In this document: positions 12,225-25,027 of the stretch, piece by piece
Position numbering within the stretch: position 1 is the first letter of the stretch
Layout: each line of letters starts with the position of its first letter
Program-made: the position numbers and the translations under genes
Origin: Mobula hypostoma
Taxonomy: Eukaryota
DNA length: 64,000 bases
Assembly: GCF_963921235.1 (NCBI RefSeq)
Contig: NC_086097.1
Span: 63,366,001 to 63,430,000, forward strand
Direction of reading: 5' to 3'
Notes under the pieces: generated by a model
Database searches by the model: none
What the model was told of the DNA's origin: nothing
What the model saw: the letters and a program-made list of their open reading frames with translations, nothing else

Positions 12225-13024
12225 TGTTACCTGACCCGTGAGTATCTCGAGAGCATGATGTAATTGTCTCATGATATTGGCATGATGTAATTATTGTGAT
12301 AGTGGGGTGATGTGATGTCACGTGATGGCATGTTCCCACCAGTATAAAAGGGGAGACTGCAGTTTATTGCGTAACACACATCAAAGTTGCTGGTGAACGC
12401 AGCAGGCCAGGCAGCATCTATAGGAAGAGGCGCAGTCGACGTTTCAGGCCGAGACCTTTATTGCGTAGTTGTTTTTGTTGGGGAGTCACAGTCGGTGGTT
12501 ATGTAATCATGGAAGGAGAGACAGAGAGAGAGAGTGAAGAATTACCAGCTTCGTACGAACCCAAGAAATCAACAGCATTCTGTGATTGACATTTGGTATA
12601 GTCTATACAGGTATTGTGGCACACACTTTTGGTTAACCCCTGCATGGCCTCAAGTGTTGTGTGGTCAGTTACTATGAGAAATCTTATTTGTGATCTCTTT
12701 GGACAAGGCATTTCTCGGCTGGGATCTGCGTCAGCAGTTTCGTCTTTTCTTCATCGCTGGCTTGGGAAGTGTCTCCTCTCACTTATTTCATAAATCACTT
12801 GGACTCTTTAAACTACCACCTTAAGACTGTGTTTGAGTAAGATCTGTTAAGAATTGTCTTTAAGTTCGACTGTTTGATAATTAAAGACGCTTAACACTCT
12901 TAACTTCCATTTAAGTTAGTCGTTTGTTTACTCTTCTATGTTTTTGAGTAGAGGTTAATAAATTTTGTTGTTTATTTATAAAAACCCAACTCAATTTCAT
13001 ATCTATTGCTGCTGGTGCATAACA
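12225..13024 (+). mobile_element. Solo LTR (Gypsy/ERV-like), second family
   Basis: Termini TGTTA...TAACA; 4-bp TSD ATCA (12221-12224, 13025-13028); TATA-like GTATAAAAG near 12342 and AATAAA near 12957. Confidence 0.75.
12374..12456 (-). mobile_element. 83-bp Penelope 3'-terminal micro-insertion
   Basis: Near-identical to about 14980-15062; 11-bp TSD TTTATTGCGTA (12363-12373, 12457-12467). Confidence 0.9.
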
Positions 13025-13074
13025 ATCATCATTCCAATTAGTTAATTTCTTCTGCGCATCATGCAAAATAAATT

Positions 13075-14300
13075 GGAATTCTTTGAAGAGGTAACAAGCA
13101 GGATAGACAAAGGAGAATCAGTTGATGTTGTATATTTAGATTTTCAGAAAGCCTTTAACAAGGTGCCACGCATGAGGGTACTTAACAAGCTACGAGCCTA
13201 TGGTATTACAGGAAATATTCTGGCATGCATAAAATAGTGGCTGATTGGCAGGAGGCAAAAAGTGGGAATAAAGGGGGGTTTCTGGTTGGCTGCCAGTGAC
13301 TAGTGGTGTTCCACGGGTGCCTGTGTTGGGACTGATTCCTTTTACTTTATATGTCAATGATTTGCATGATGGAAATGATGGCATTGTTGAAAAGTTTACA
13401 GATGATATGAAGGTAGGTGGAGGGGCAGGTAGCTTTGAGGAATTAGAGAGGCTACAGAAGGACTAAGATAGATTAGGGGAATGAGCAAAGAAATCGCAGA
13501 TGGAATACAGTGTTTGGAAGGGTATGGTCATGCACTTTGGTAGAAGAAATGAAAGGGTTGACTATTTTCTAAATGTAGAGAAAATACAAAAATCTGAGGC
13601 GCAAAGGCACTTGTGCAGGATTCTCCAGAGGTTAATTTTCAGGCTGAGTCAGTTGTGAGGAAAGCAAATATGATCTTAGCATTCATTTCAAGAGGACTAG
13701 AATATAGAAGTAAGGACGTAATGTTAAGACTTTATAAAGCACTGGCGACTCCTCACTTGGAGTATTTTGTGCAGCTTTGGGCCCCTTATCTTAGAAATGA
13801 TGTGCTGAAACTGGGGAGGTTCACAAAAATTATTCTAGCATTAAACAACTTGTCATATGAAGAGCAATTGATGGCCCTGGGCCTGTATTCATTGGAATTT
13901 AGAAGAATGAGGGGAAACCTCATTGAAACCTATTGAATGGTGAAAGGCCTTGATAGAGTGGATGTGGAGAAGATGTTTCTTATGGTAGGAGTGTCTAAGA
14001 CCGGAAGGCATTGACTCAGAATAAACAGGCGTTCTTTTAGAACAGAGATGAGGAGGAATTTCTTTAGCTGGAGAGTGGTGAATCTGTGGAATTCATTGCC
14101 ACAGGCAGCTTTGGAGGCCAAGTGTTTATGAACATTTAAGGCAGAGGTTGATATATTTTTGATTGGTCGGGGCATGAAGGGATACTAGGTGACGGCAGGA
14201 GTTTGGGGCTGAAAGGAAATATGGATCAGCTATGATAAAATGGCGGAGCAGACTTGATGGGCCAAGTGGCCTTATTCTGCTCCTCTATCTTATGATCTTG
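13075..14300 (+). mobile_element. CR1 LINE, decayed RT to 3' end
   Basis: Motifs DFQKAFNKVPH, SGVP and PHLEYFVQLWAP; CR1 3' UTR and tail. Confidence 0.85.
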
Positions 14301-14942
14301 TGAAATTATCCTGTCATTGTTAAAATGAATGAAAAGAAGTTGCTTGTTAATTTATTATGAGTTACTGAACGCTAAAGTGGTTCAAGTTCAAGTTTAATTG
14401 TCATTCAACCATACAGTCAAACTAAACAGCATTCTTCAGGGCCAAGGTGCAGAACACCGTACCAACAGTCAGGCATATTAACAGCACAATGCACATATAA
14501 TTACCATAAGAATAAAATGTACAGTCACAAAACTAATAATAATATAGTTCAGTCTGTAGATTTATGCTGCATGGGATGTTGGCCTGAAGCCATATTTTCT
14601 GCAAGATCAAGCCTACAGCAGTTCCTCATCTCGCATTAGTGTAGCCGCAGACAAAACAAATGCAATCCAGCTTGTCTTCACCCAAGTGAACACCACAGGG
14701 CACCGATGGGAGGGGCCAGCCCTCAACCCAGCATGAAGGCCCGCCACATCACGACGTCTGTGTTGTCTCCTCCCCGGGCGGCTGCAACAGGCGACCCTGC
14801 GGCATGAGGGCCTGGCTCCCGCCATCCATCTCACCAATGATCCAGTGAACCAGACTTGCAGTATTCTTCATTACCAATGTTCAATATGGTCGTGCAATCA
14901 CAAGAAAAATGTCTACAAGAGAAAAGACAATCATTTGCACTG

Positions 14943-15654
14943 AACAACAGGAATTCTGCAGATGCTGGAAATTCAAGCAACACACATCAAAGTTGCTGGT
15001 GAACGCAGCAGGTCAGGCAGCATCTCTAGGAAGAGGCGCAGTCGACGTTTCAGGCCGAGACCCTTCGTCAGGACTAACTGAAGGAAGAGTGAGTAAGGGA
15101 TTTGAAAGTTGGAGGGGGAGGGGGAGGGGGAGATCCAAAATGATAGGAGAAGACAGGAGGGGGAGGGATAGAGCCAAGAGCTGGACAGGTGATAGGCAAA
15201 AGGGGATACGAGAGGATCATGGGACAGGAGGTCCGGGAAGAAAGACGGGGAGGGGGGGTGACCCAGAGGATGGGCAAAAGGTATATTCAGAGGGACAGAG
15301 GGAGAAAAAGGAGAGTGAGAGAAAGAATGCGTGCATAAAAATAAGTAACAGATGGGGTACGAGGGGGAGGTGGGGCCTTAGCGGAAGTTAGAGAAGTCGA
15401 TGTTCATGCCATCAGGTTGGAGGCTACCCAGACGGAATATAAGGTGTTGTTCCTCCAACCTGAGTGTGGCTTCATCTTTACAGTAGAGGAGGCCGTGGAT
15501 AGACATGTCAGAATGGGAATGGGATGTGGAATTAAAATGTGTGGCCACGGGGAGATCCTGCTTTCTCTGGCGGACAGAGCGTAGATGTTCAGCAAAGCGG
15601 TCTCCCAGTCTGCGTCGGGTCTGTGGAATTAAAATGTGTGGCCACTGGGAGATC
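14943..15654 (-). mobile_element. 5'-truncated young Penelope-like element (GIY-YIG C-terminus and 3' UTR)
   Basis: Translation TRRRLGDRFAEHLRSV...PVATHFN...RLEEQHLIFRLGSLQPDGMN; 15-bp TSD CAATCATTTGCACTG (14928-14942, 15655-15669). Confidence 0.92.
15039..15076 (-). ncRNA. Minimal type I hammerhead ribozyme motif (Penelope-associated)
   Basis: Minus strand reads TAGTC-CTGACGA-A-GGGT-CTCG-GCCT-GAAAC-GTC-GACTG, giving the catalytic core, helix I, helix II and a palindromic ACGT helix III. Confidence 0.8.
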
Positions 15655-15949
15655 CAATCATTTGCACTGTTTGTTCGACCGCGTACTGCCTCCATGCACC
15701 GCCTCTGATGCCTTCCTCATTGGGATGCTGTCACAGGCATCAACATGGTACATAAGCAATCAAAGTAAGTTACTGATGTGAAAATTGACTCTCTAACCAA
15801 AATGACCTAGATGAACTTAATCAAGAAACTTAACCCCTGATATATTTTTAATTTGTTTGACATTTGCCTCAATTGCGGTTTCTGCATTTGAACAACTCCG
15901 CCTGGAGTTATTCATGAATACCACCACAAGCCAAGAATAGGATTTCATC

Positions 15950-17230
15950 GACAAAAGAACTCAGGCAGAATTGACCCATTGCATGGGTGTGGCAGTAGAA
16001 ACTCAACCACTCTTATGGTTTGAAAGAACCCACAGAAAATTAGCAATGCATCTTCATATATTGCTAATTTTCTGTGGGACCAATGTTTGTAGATGCATTG
16101 GACACTGCATTGGATATTGGCAGTTGTAATGAGAGCAAGGTGTTCCCTTCACGAGAGTGGTTTGAGTTTATTAACCACCCTGGCAAAGAAGGTGTAATGG
16201 TTGCTCTGCAGAGCATGAAGCTTCTATCCTCTCTCCAGAAGGGAACATTTGTGACCCACTATTAGCAGTCACTCTGCCAGAGCTCTTGTTGTCATCTATC
16301 ATTTAGCCAATCAGCCTGGCCAGCCAACTTTCCAGGAACAGATACTCAAAGTCATTCTCCAAGGCTCAGGCTGTCTTATCTACTGAATGTCAGTACCATT
16401 CACCAGCCTGAAGCAGTACATAGCACCATAGATAAATATGGGTACTACTGCTTGATGTTTTAATGAAATTTGGCATCAATTGACATATACATTTGTTCTA
16501 GAGTGATTATTTTGGCATTTATCTTTTACATTGTCGCTATGCAAATGACAAAGAGGTGAATGACAGAGGCGTAGGGCTGTCAGTGGGTGGGAAACTGCAG
16601 CCGTGTTTACTGGAATTACTATTCGATGTTTAGTTTTTGGTCAGGCTGATTAGAGAGCATTACCTGGCTTCCACCAGCCATTCTCTTTCTCCTCCTCCTC
16701 CCTACAGCTGATCACTATAAAGCTTGTTGTAAGAACTGAGCCCTGACTAGGAAAAGCCAGAACCTCATTAGATGTACGACACCACCTACGGCAAGGCTCA
16801 TTCAATTGCAGTCCAAGAAATAGGACAGTTTTGGAATATCTGTGGTCTATTCCATCACAAAGGATATGGCAGTATGGCATCTAATTGTGTACATGCCTCC
16901 CACAGGTGTATGAGTTGTGCACAGGAGATAGGAAAAGTAGTTCTTATTGCCCAAGCCAAGCACAGACAGTATAGAGGACTACCACAGAGTGAAGACATTA
17001 TCACCTCGGCTGCAATCCCAGCTGGAATTCACAGAATGGGCAAACACCAGCTGGTCACAGAGGAAATGGAATCCTTGTCATAAGCGACTCAAGTCAAAGC
17101 TGGCATGCAGAGATTACAACCTGCGATGTAGGCAGTCAGTGACTCTTTGCACCGTGTGAAGGCTGGAGTTCTCACAAAGCCGTGGTGCTTACTCCACCTG
17201 CTACTCTCTGTCAAGTAACTGGTTCTTTTT
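15950..17230 (+). mobile_element. Possible very old Gypsy pol remnant
   Basis: Scattered weak integrase-like traces in the expected order (FHHKGYG resembling YHPQGNG, CVHAS resembling LVHAYN, RDYNLRCR). Heavily decayed. Confidence 0.3.
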
Positions 17231-17269
17231 GAAAAAGAGAATTGTTTTTAAAGATGGCAAACCACGAGG

Positions 17270-17500
17270 TGCAAGTATCAAGTATCAGAAATAAAAGTTG
17301 ATATCTGGAACTAGATGCTAAAGGAGGAACTGGTATCAGACAAAATCATCACATTTGAGAGAGGTTTAGACAAGCATAAAAGGGCAAGGAATAATGGGGT
17401 CAATGGGATGAGTTTCCTGTAGGTGGGCAAAAAGATTGGCGTGGGTGTGGTGGGGTGAAGGATCTGTTTCTGTGCTTTGTGACACTATGACTCTATGTGT
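17270..17500 (+). mobile_element. CR1 3' end remnant
   Basis: Shows the CR1 3' UTR pattern (...GAAGGATCTGTTTCTGTGCT...CTATGACTCTATG). Confidence 0.55.
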
Positions 17501-17579
17501 TCACTTCTGTATGGAACTGAGATTAGGTGGTCACTGAGAGTTGAGAGCATAATGATAGCATAGGTACCAAGTTAGATTA

Positions 17580-17880
17580 AAACCATACAGCACAGAAGCC
17601 GTAGACTTTTAGCCCAGCAAGTCTGTCCTGTCCATTTACACTTAATCTACAATAATCCCATCTTTTTCTGCGCATCAACTCATCCCCAGCATATTCTGCT
17701 GTTCACCGAGACCACAAGGGTACCTTACTGCAGCCAATTAGCTGGTCAACCTGTCCATCTTTAAAATGTTGGAGGAAACTAGAGCATCCAGAAAAAAACC
17801 CCATGCAGTCACAGGATGAGCAAAGTCCACACAGGCATCAAGATCAGAATTGAACCTGGATCTCCGGTGCTGTGAGTCAG
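17580..17880 (-). mobile_element. Decayed tRNA-derived SINE
   Basis: B-box-like GGTTCAATTCT on the minus strand and the core TGGAGGAAACTAGAGCA shared with other SINEs in the window. Confidence 0.55.
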
Positions 17881-18626
17881 CTTTTCTCACTGATATCATG
17901 TTCTACCAATTTCCATTTGTCCAATGTTCCTAATGGAAAAATCAATGAGTGCTCAGTGTGTCCAGTCTTTGAATGTCTTCTTTTCCTTGGATTAGGATCT
18001 GGCACTCCCATCTGGCCGCAATGGAGAAGTAAAATTTGCAGTGGACTGACTTCCCGGTTTGGCATGATGCTTGAAGTTGTCACCGATTGTCACTTCACCA
18101 CCTAAACTAAAACTGGTGTGGATGTGGAGGTCTGATCTCACTGAACCTTCCCTTCAGTGTGGCCAACCTCAGCTGTCGTAGCCAGAACTCTCTGACAATG
18201 TTCAGCAAGAGGCAAAGCTGAGACAGCGTCTCACCTCTCAGACCTGGGAGAAGTATATTCAGTGACATTTATGAACTATTATCATGGATGTAAATTATTT
18301 ATAAATGTGTTTAATTTTTAATAATAAAATGAATCAAAATGCATTAAATACTAATAAATATTTTAAAACTTCAAACTAAAATTAAATTTAAAAGTTAATA
18401 TCAATAACTCACCTTTTTCCCTCCTTGTCATTCAAACAAATAGGAATTCCAATCTTTTGCCAGCCTAAAGCTGAGCAAAATGGGGCTCTGCCACCAGATT
18501 CCGAGTAAAGTCCAGATGCAGAACAGAGGAATAGGTGTGCTAACGGACTCTGTGACTCAGAGAGACTCAGAGCTACACGCTCAGATGCACAGGCACAGAA
18601 CACTGCAGTTTACCGAAGATTAAGTG

Positions 18627-18797
18627 ACAAGAGAAAATCTGCAGATGCTGGGAATCCCAGCGACTCACATTAAATGTTGGAGGAACTCAGCAGGCCAGGC
18701 AGCATCTATGGAAAAAAGTGCAGTCGACGTTTCAGGCTGAGACCCACAGATGCTGCCTGGCCTGCTGAGTTCCTCCAGCATTTTGTGCGTGCTGCTC
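18627..18797. repeat. Penelope-terminus-derived inverted repeat (foldback)
   Basis: 36-bp arms at 18672-18707 and 18748-18783 are reverse complements with one mismatch, around a 40-nt loop holding half of the hammerhead motif. Confidence 0.8.
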
Positions 18798-19219
18798 GAA
18801 GATTAAATGTCAATGGTTCTATTCAGAATTGCTGACCCAAGTTACAAGATTTACCTTTTTAACTCCTGTAGTCTATGTATCCCATCCATAACTCAATTAG
18901 TTGTTGATAATGAATGGATTCTTAAGTTGAAGTCCTTTATGCTGATCCCACTGTCTATTTTCCTCATTCTCCATACAACTTTGCTCTCATCCACAAGAAC
19001 AAGGGCTGAGCTTCCTCTAATATCACCTGGTATATTCTTTAGAAAGGAGATTCACATCCTCACTCTCTTGTGGCCACATCCACTGCTGCCATCCCATCTC
19101 TGCAGTGCTTAATCTAAGACAGTTTCCTACATATTACAGCAGAACCACACCATCTCGTCTTAATATAATTGATTTGCTTCAATAAGTTTGAAGTTCTCTC
19201 TTTGCCCTTTGCTTCCCCA

Positions 19220-19820
19220 TGGTGTGTTAGCCTTCATCAACCATGGGATTGAGTTCAAGAGCTGTGAAGTAATGTTACAGCTATACACGACCTTAGTTAG
19301 ACCCTACGGAGTACTTTGTTCAGTTCTGGTCACCTCATTACAGGAAGGATGAGAAAGGAGAGAGTGCTGAGGAGGTTTACAAGGATGTTGCCTGAATTGG
19401 AGAGCATGCCTTATGAGAATAGGCTGAGTGAACTTGGCCTTTTCTTCTTGGAGCACTGAAGGATGAGAGGTGATCTGATAAAGATGATCGTGAGGACAGC
19501 CAGAGGCTTTTCCCCCCAAGGCTGAAATGGCTAACACGAGGGCCATAGTTTTAAGGTCCTTGGAACTAGGTACAGGGGGGATGTCAGAGGTAAGTTTTTC
19601 ACACAGAGAGTGGTGGGTGTGTGGAATGCACTACCAGCAAAGGTGGTAGAGGTGGATACAATAGGGTATTTTAAGAGACTCTCGGGTACATGGAGTTTAG
19701 AAAATTAGAGGGCTATGTGATAGGGAAATTCGAGGCAGCTTCTAGAGTAGGTTTCATGGTCAGCACAACATTGTGAGCTGAAGGCCTGTAATGTGCTGTA
19801 GATTTTCTGTGTTTCTATGT
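19220..19820 (+). mobile_element. CR1 3' fragment
   Basis: Homologous to 54123-54600 in reverse; motif VQFWSPHYRKD; CR1 tail. Confidence 0.85.
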
Positions 19821-20439
19821 CTCTGACTCACCAAATTCCACCCCCAATAGACACAGCACTCTAGCTGTGTTGACCTGCTCTGAAAACAGTCAGGAAACAT
19901 CCAGCTCTGGATCAATACCCCTGATATCTGTAAATGCCATATCTCTAAATAGAGGAAAGAAAATAATCATACAAAGACACTCTCAATACTTCAAAATTCT
20001 GCACGGCATCCAGTAATTTGGGGAATATTCTGCAGCCTTCCCCATAGGAAGTACAGTGATTCCATTATTCATTATTCCACTGGAAAGATTTTGCAATGAT
20101 ATTTCTTTCTCCCCTTTAATGAACTACCTGAGAGGGCAAGACTCAACCGTTTATTAGATGAAGCAATCAAAAAAGCCATCAAACAACAGGACTCTGGTAA
20201 GAAGTTCAATAAAAATTGAATCCCAAGAGAAATGTTCAAAGCTGCAGGGCCAAGGGTTATGAAGAGATGTACCATGACACCCTGTATAGTGTTTGGGAGG
20301 AAGCAGAAATGACTCAAGTAACAAGGATGCTGCTCTTGTCTCTGTTCAGAAGAAAAAGTAGAGAAGCGTACTCCAGGACACTTCCTTCCATAGTACAGCA
20401 AGGAAATACTTGGTCACATTCAGAAGATTTTTAAAAGAT

Positions 20440-20766
20440 TTTTTAAAAAGCTCAGCTTTATTTCTGACAAGTACATCAGTACATTGAAACATACAGTGAA
20501 ATGTGCCATTTGTGTCAACGACCAACATGGTCCTGGGATGTGCTGGAGGCAACCCACAAGTGCTTCATGCTGCATAGCCTACCCACAGCTTACTAACTCT
20601 AACCCACAGAGCTTTGGAATGTGGGAGGAAACTGAAGCCACTGGAAGAAACCTACATGGTCACGGGAAGAACATACAAACTCCTTACAGTCAGCAGCGGG
20701 AATTGAATCCTGATTGCGGGCAATGTTAAGCACTTCGCTAACCACTATGTTACCGTACTGCCCCCC
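20440..20766 (-). mobile_element. tRNA-derived SINE
   Basis: Head GGGGGCAGTACGGTAACATAGTGGTTAGCG (A box), B-box-like GGATTCAATTCCC, and the shared SINE core. Confidence 0.7.
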
Positions 20767-22199
20767 TCATTTGACTGAAGAAGCTCAATGCAAACATATT
20801 GAGGAGGATCTGATGGCCACACGGTGTGGTTTTAGGTCATTTTGGACCCTCAAAACATGGGCCTGTGCTGCATAGAATATTCATTAGATATAGAGCTATG
20901 CTGATTAAGATTATTCCAATCTCTTTGTACCAACTTTGTTATTGAGTGTATAATTTTGAAAATTAATGAAAAGATTTAAAAAGAAAGAAAGATATAGAGC
21001 TCCCAATATAGTCAGCATAAAGAGAAATGATCAACAGCATCACGTCCAGACTGCTCCCAGCAATGTTTTTCACCTTTACAAACTTCCTGTGTCATTTGCA
21101 GTCGACTATCCATCAGCATTCGAGCTTGAGAATCATATGCATAGCTACTGAGGAGATTTGCAACAACGTTGTCATCAGCAGCATCAGACTAAAAATATCT
21201 CAATCCTGTACCAGTTTGTTCTGCCAATCCCATAGCAACCCGAGATCTGTCCTTGGTTACCAGCTGTCTGTGTCTGACAGAATATTACTTTTAATATTTC
21301 TGTTTGTCAGATGAATGTGGTTGAGCTGTCATTACATTAATAATGTCTAGGGAATACACTCCTTTACTTTTGGTTATAGTTTGTCTTGTTAAGGATCATT
21401 AAAAAGGCCTTTCTCCTTTGATGCATATATTTTGTTCGTAATTGCTTGAAATCAGTTACATCGGCTCTTTGATGCAAAAATCAAAGTGTCCTCAATTCAC
21501 TTGTCATTACATGAATCAGTTTTTGTATCACTGTTAAATACCTGCAGTCCAAGAGCAAAAATCACAATGTTTGCTTCACTTTCTAACATTGTCCCCGCAC
21601 TATTCTGGTTACATCCACTCTGCAGATATTTTCTCTTTGAGTTTCAAGTGCAATTTGGATTGCAATCTTTTACTTCTGAATGTAAATAAAATTAATTTTT
21701 AGTCAATTTCCAGAGCATTACATAGATGTAAAGCTGCTTCAAAGTAAAACCTGGAACATCTTATTAAAGTCTATAAATTACTTTCTGGGTATTGATTTTA
21801 CTGTACAAAATAATCATTTGAAAGTGCATACTTTAGGAAAGTGCATTCAAGCTCATCAGTAAAGCAGCTGAGTAAACTTCAAGCTTTGGAAGAATATGTC
21901 CCCAGCTGACATTCAGTTATGACCTACTTTAATCATTAACATACTGATGGTTGCATGTACAAGGAAATATTAACAAGTCTAACTGTTATTAATTTCACGG
22001 TTAAGAATGCAGATGCTGAAATCCGGAACCAGGAACAGAATGCAGAAAGAACTCGGGCAGAATCTGTCAAGGCACAAGGTATAAGTCACCACTTTAGGTC
22101 AAGACCTTGCATCAGGACTGAGAGAAAAGAGGGAAGATTGCCAGCTTAGAGCAGTACGTGGAGTGGGATAGAGGCTTGGTGGTGATAGAAAACTAGCAC

Positions 22200-22446
22200 T
22201 TTTATTTTTATTTAGAGATGCAGTGCAGAATAGGCCCTTCCAGCTCAGCCCCTCTCTAGACCTCGATTTAACCCTGAACTAATCTACAGTGAGCAATTAT
22301 CCTACCAGGAATGACTCTGGACTGTGGGAGAAGACCCATGCATTCCACGGGGAGGACGTACTGGGACTCCTTACTGAGGGTGGTGGGATTGAACCCTGAA
22401 CTCCGACGCCCCGAGCTGTAATAATGTCTCACTAACTGCTACACCA
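22200..22446 (-). mobile_element. tRNA-derived SINE
   Basis: A-box TGGTGTAGCAGTTAG, B-box GGGTTCAATCCC and an ATCTCTAAATAAA tail. Confidence 0.7.
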
Positions 22447-23912
22447 GGTGGAACCGTGTACAGGGAGGGAATAGGAGAGGTGAACAAATGGAGATGAAAA
22501 TTAGGTGGGCTAGGGTGGAAAATACTTGGGGGGGATGAGTTTCCTGCAAATGGAAAATTCAGTATTCATGTCATTGGGTTGTAAGGTACCCAAGCGAATT
22601 ATGAGATGATGTTATTCCAGTTGCAACAGAGAAGGTCAAGGACATACAGGTCAGTGTGGGATGGGAATAAAAAGTGAAATGACATGCGATCAGAATTCAA
22701 TGGATTGGCATGCAGTAGAGATATTGAAATTGTCTTACAGACTGAATTTGATTAAACTGAACTTATATCAGTTCTATCAAGAAACTCCAAAAGATCTGCA
22801 AGCAACAAACACGTTACCAAACTAAAAGGATTTTAAATTATTCTACCGTCATGGTTCTGGGGAAAAAATCAAATTGAAACTATCAGAAAGCACATATTTA
22901 TTGTATAAATAATCATATGCAGCTTACATTTATGGCATCTTCAACAACAGTTATAAACCTCGGCGCTATCTGCATGCCTCATGCCTTCTGCTTTGTAAAA
23001 AGGTCCATTTGTCTTCACTAAGCATTCACACAATTTTCCAATTAGTCAGTTTACTGCCAAATACCAGCTCAGTTTAATTCTCCTGCATGCTATTTAACTT
23101 TCCGTGAGATCTACTGTTATACTTTTATTATCTGAAGCAGCGTAATGAATTATTGCCTCTGCTAGTCTTTTTAATGGCTTCTTTCCACTGTTTTACAGTA
23201 ATTTCAGGAGTATCCAATAATTTGCAGAATATTCTGTAGGCCTTCCTCACTTGAAGTCTGGCGATTCCATTGTTTTTAAGCAAGCATGCTGAGAGGATTT
23301 CATGATAATATTTATATTTTACTTTGACTTTGACTTTGAACTTCTGAGGCCTTTTATTTGACGATGGTTTTCACACTGCTTTTTGAAAAAGCAAGTGAGC
23401 AGCCGAATAAAGCCGCCTCACAGCTGTTGGTTGCTTAGAAAAATCATGGGCAGAAGCGATGAGGGACAGCTGACTCAAATACACTGCAGAGCCCAGTAAC
23501 AGACCACTGAGGAGAGGGCATAACATTCTTTATGCCTGACAGGACTAGCATAAGTATGTCAACACATTCATTCGAATTAAATTAAAATATATATTTTTAA
23601 CATTATATCAACCTGAGCTAAACTGAAGGTATGACTTATATTTTAAGAGGCAACCAATGAACAAAATACCCAAAAACAGAAAATAAATAGATGCTGGAAA
23701 TCTTAAGCAATGCTACAAAATGCACGGATGGAAAGGTGGGGGAAATGCCAGAATAAGAAGGGAAGGGAGGGAGTACAAGCTGGCAAGTGACAGGTGAAAC
23801 CAGTGAGGAGGAGGAGGGGGGTTGAAGTAAGAAGCTGGGAGGTGATAGGTGGAAGAGGTGAGAGGCTGAAGAAAAAGATCTGTACTGGGAACATTGCTGT
23901 TTGTCATGTACC

Positions 23913-24876
23913 TCAGTATTTAGTAGGAGTGCCTTTGGCAGCAACTACAGCCTTGAGTCTGTGTGGATATGTCTCTATCAGCTTTGCACATCTGGACACT
24001 GCAATTTTTCCCCATTCCTCTTTACAAAACTGTCCAGGTTCTGTCAGGTTGCATGGGAATAGTGAATGAACAGCCCTTTTCAAGTCCAGCCACAAATCCT
24101 GAATTGGATTGAGGTCTGGATTCTGACTTAGCTACTCCAGGGCTTTAACTTTGCTGTTTTTAAGCCATTCCTGTGTAGCTTTGGCTTTATGATTGGGGTC
24201 ATTGTCTTGCTGGAAAACAAGTCTTCTCCCATGTCGCAGTTCTCTTGCAGACTGTATTAGGATTTCCTCCAGGATTTCCCTGCATCCTGCAGTGAAGCAT
24301 CTCCACAGCATGATGTAGCCACCGCCATACTTCACGTGGTGTACTTTTGCTGTTACGTTTTATGGCTTACAACAAACTTAAGATTTAATCTGATGGCCAA
24401 GAAGCTCAATTTTGTTTTCATCAGACCATAGACCCTTCTTCCAGCTGACTTCGGAGTCTCCCACATGCCTTCTGGAAAACTTTAGCTGAGATGTCATGTG
24501 AATTCTCTTTTACCCGTGTCTTTCTCTTTGCCATTTTCCCATAAAGCTGCAACTGGTAAAGCATCTGGGCAACAGTCATTGTATGCACAGTCTCTCCCAT
24601 CTCAGCCACTGAAGCTTCTAACTCCTCCAGAGATGTCATAGGTCTCGCGATGGCCTCTCTCACGAGTCCCCTTCTTGCACGGTCATTCAGTTTTCGAGGA
24701 TGGCTTGCTCTGGGCAGATTTACAGTTATGCCATATTCTTTCCATTTCTTGATGATTGACTTAACTGTACTCCTAGGGGTATTCAGTGACTTGGAAATTT
24801 TCTTGTATCCATCTCCTGACTTATGTTTTTCAATAACCTTTTCGTGGAGATACCTGGAGTGTCCTTTTGTCTTTAT
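23913..24876 (-). pseudogene. Tc1 transposase pseudogene (copy 2)
   Basis: Motifs VIEKHKSGDGYKKISKSLN, KYGGGYIMLWRCF, VFQQDNDPNH and CAKLIETYPHRLKAVVAAKG; frameshifts and an internal deletion near 24280. Confidence 0.88.
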
Positions 24877-25027
24877 GGTGTTGTTTTTGCCAGGACTCTG
24901 ACTCACCAGCAGTTGGACCTTCCAGATACAGGTGTATTTGTACTACAATCAATTGAAGCAACTTGACTGCACACAGGACTCCAAAAACAGAACTCCATCT
25001 AAACAATTATATCGCTTCTAAAATCAT

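Larger units (their letters stand above)
14382..15710 (-). mobile_element. Non-autonomous LINE-tail element with an (AACTTG)n 3' tail, split by a Penelope insertion
   Basis: The tail TTCAAGTTCAAGTTTAATTGTCATTCAACC is shared with about 41740 and 57075. The far boundary is approximate. Confidence 0.45.

Noticed and set aside
20049..20220. Protein-like stretch ELPERARLNRLLDEAIKKAIKQQDS with a GTAAG donor
   Set aside because: There are in-frame stops after the plausible acceptor and no recognisable homology.
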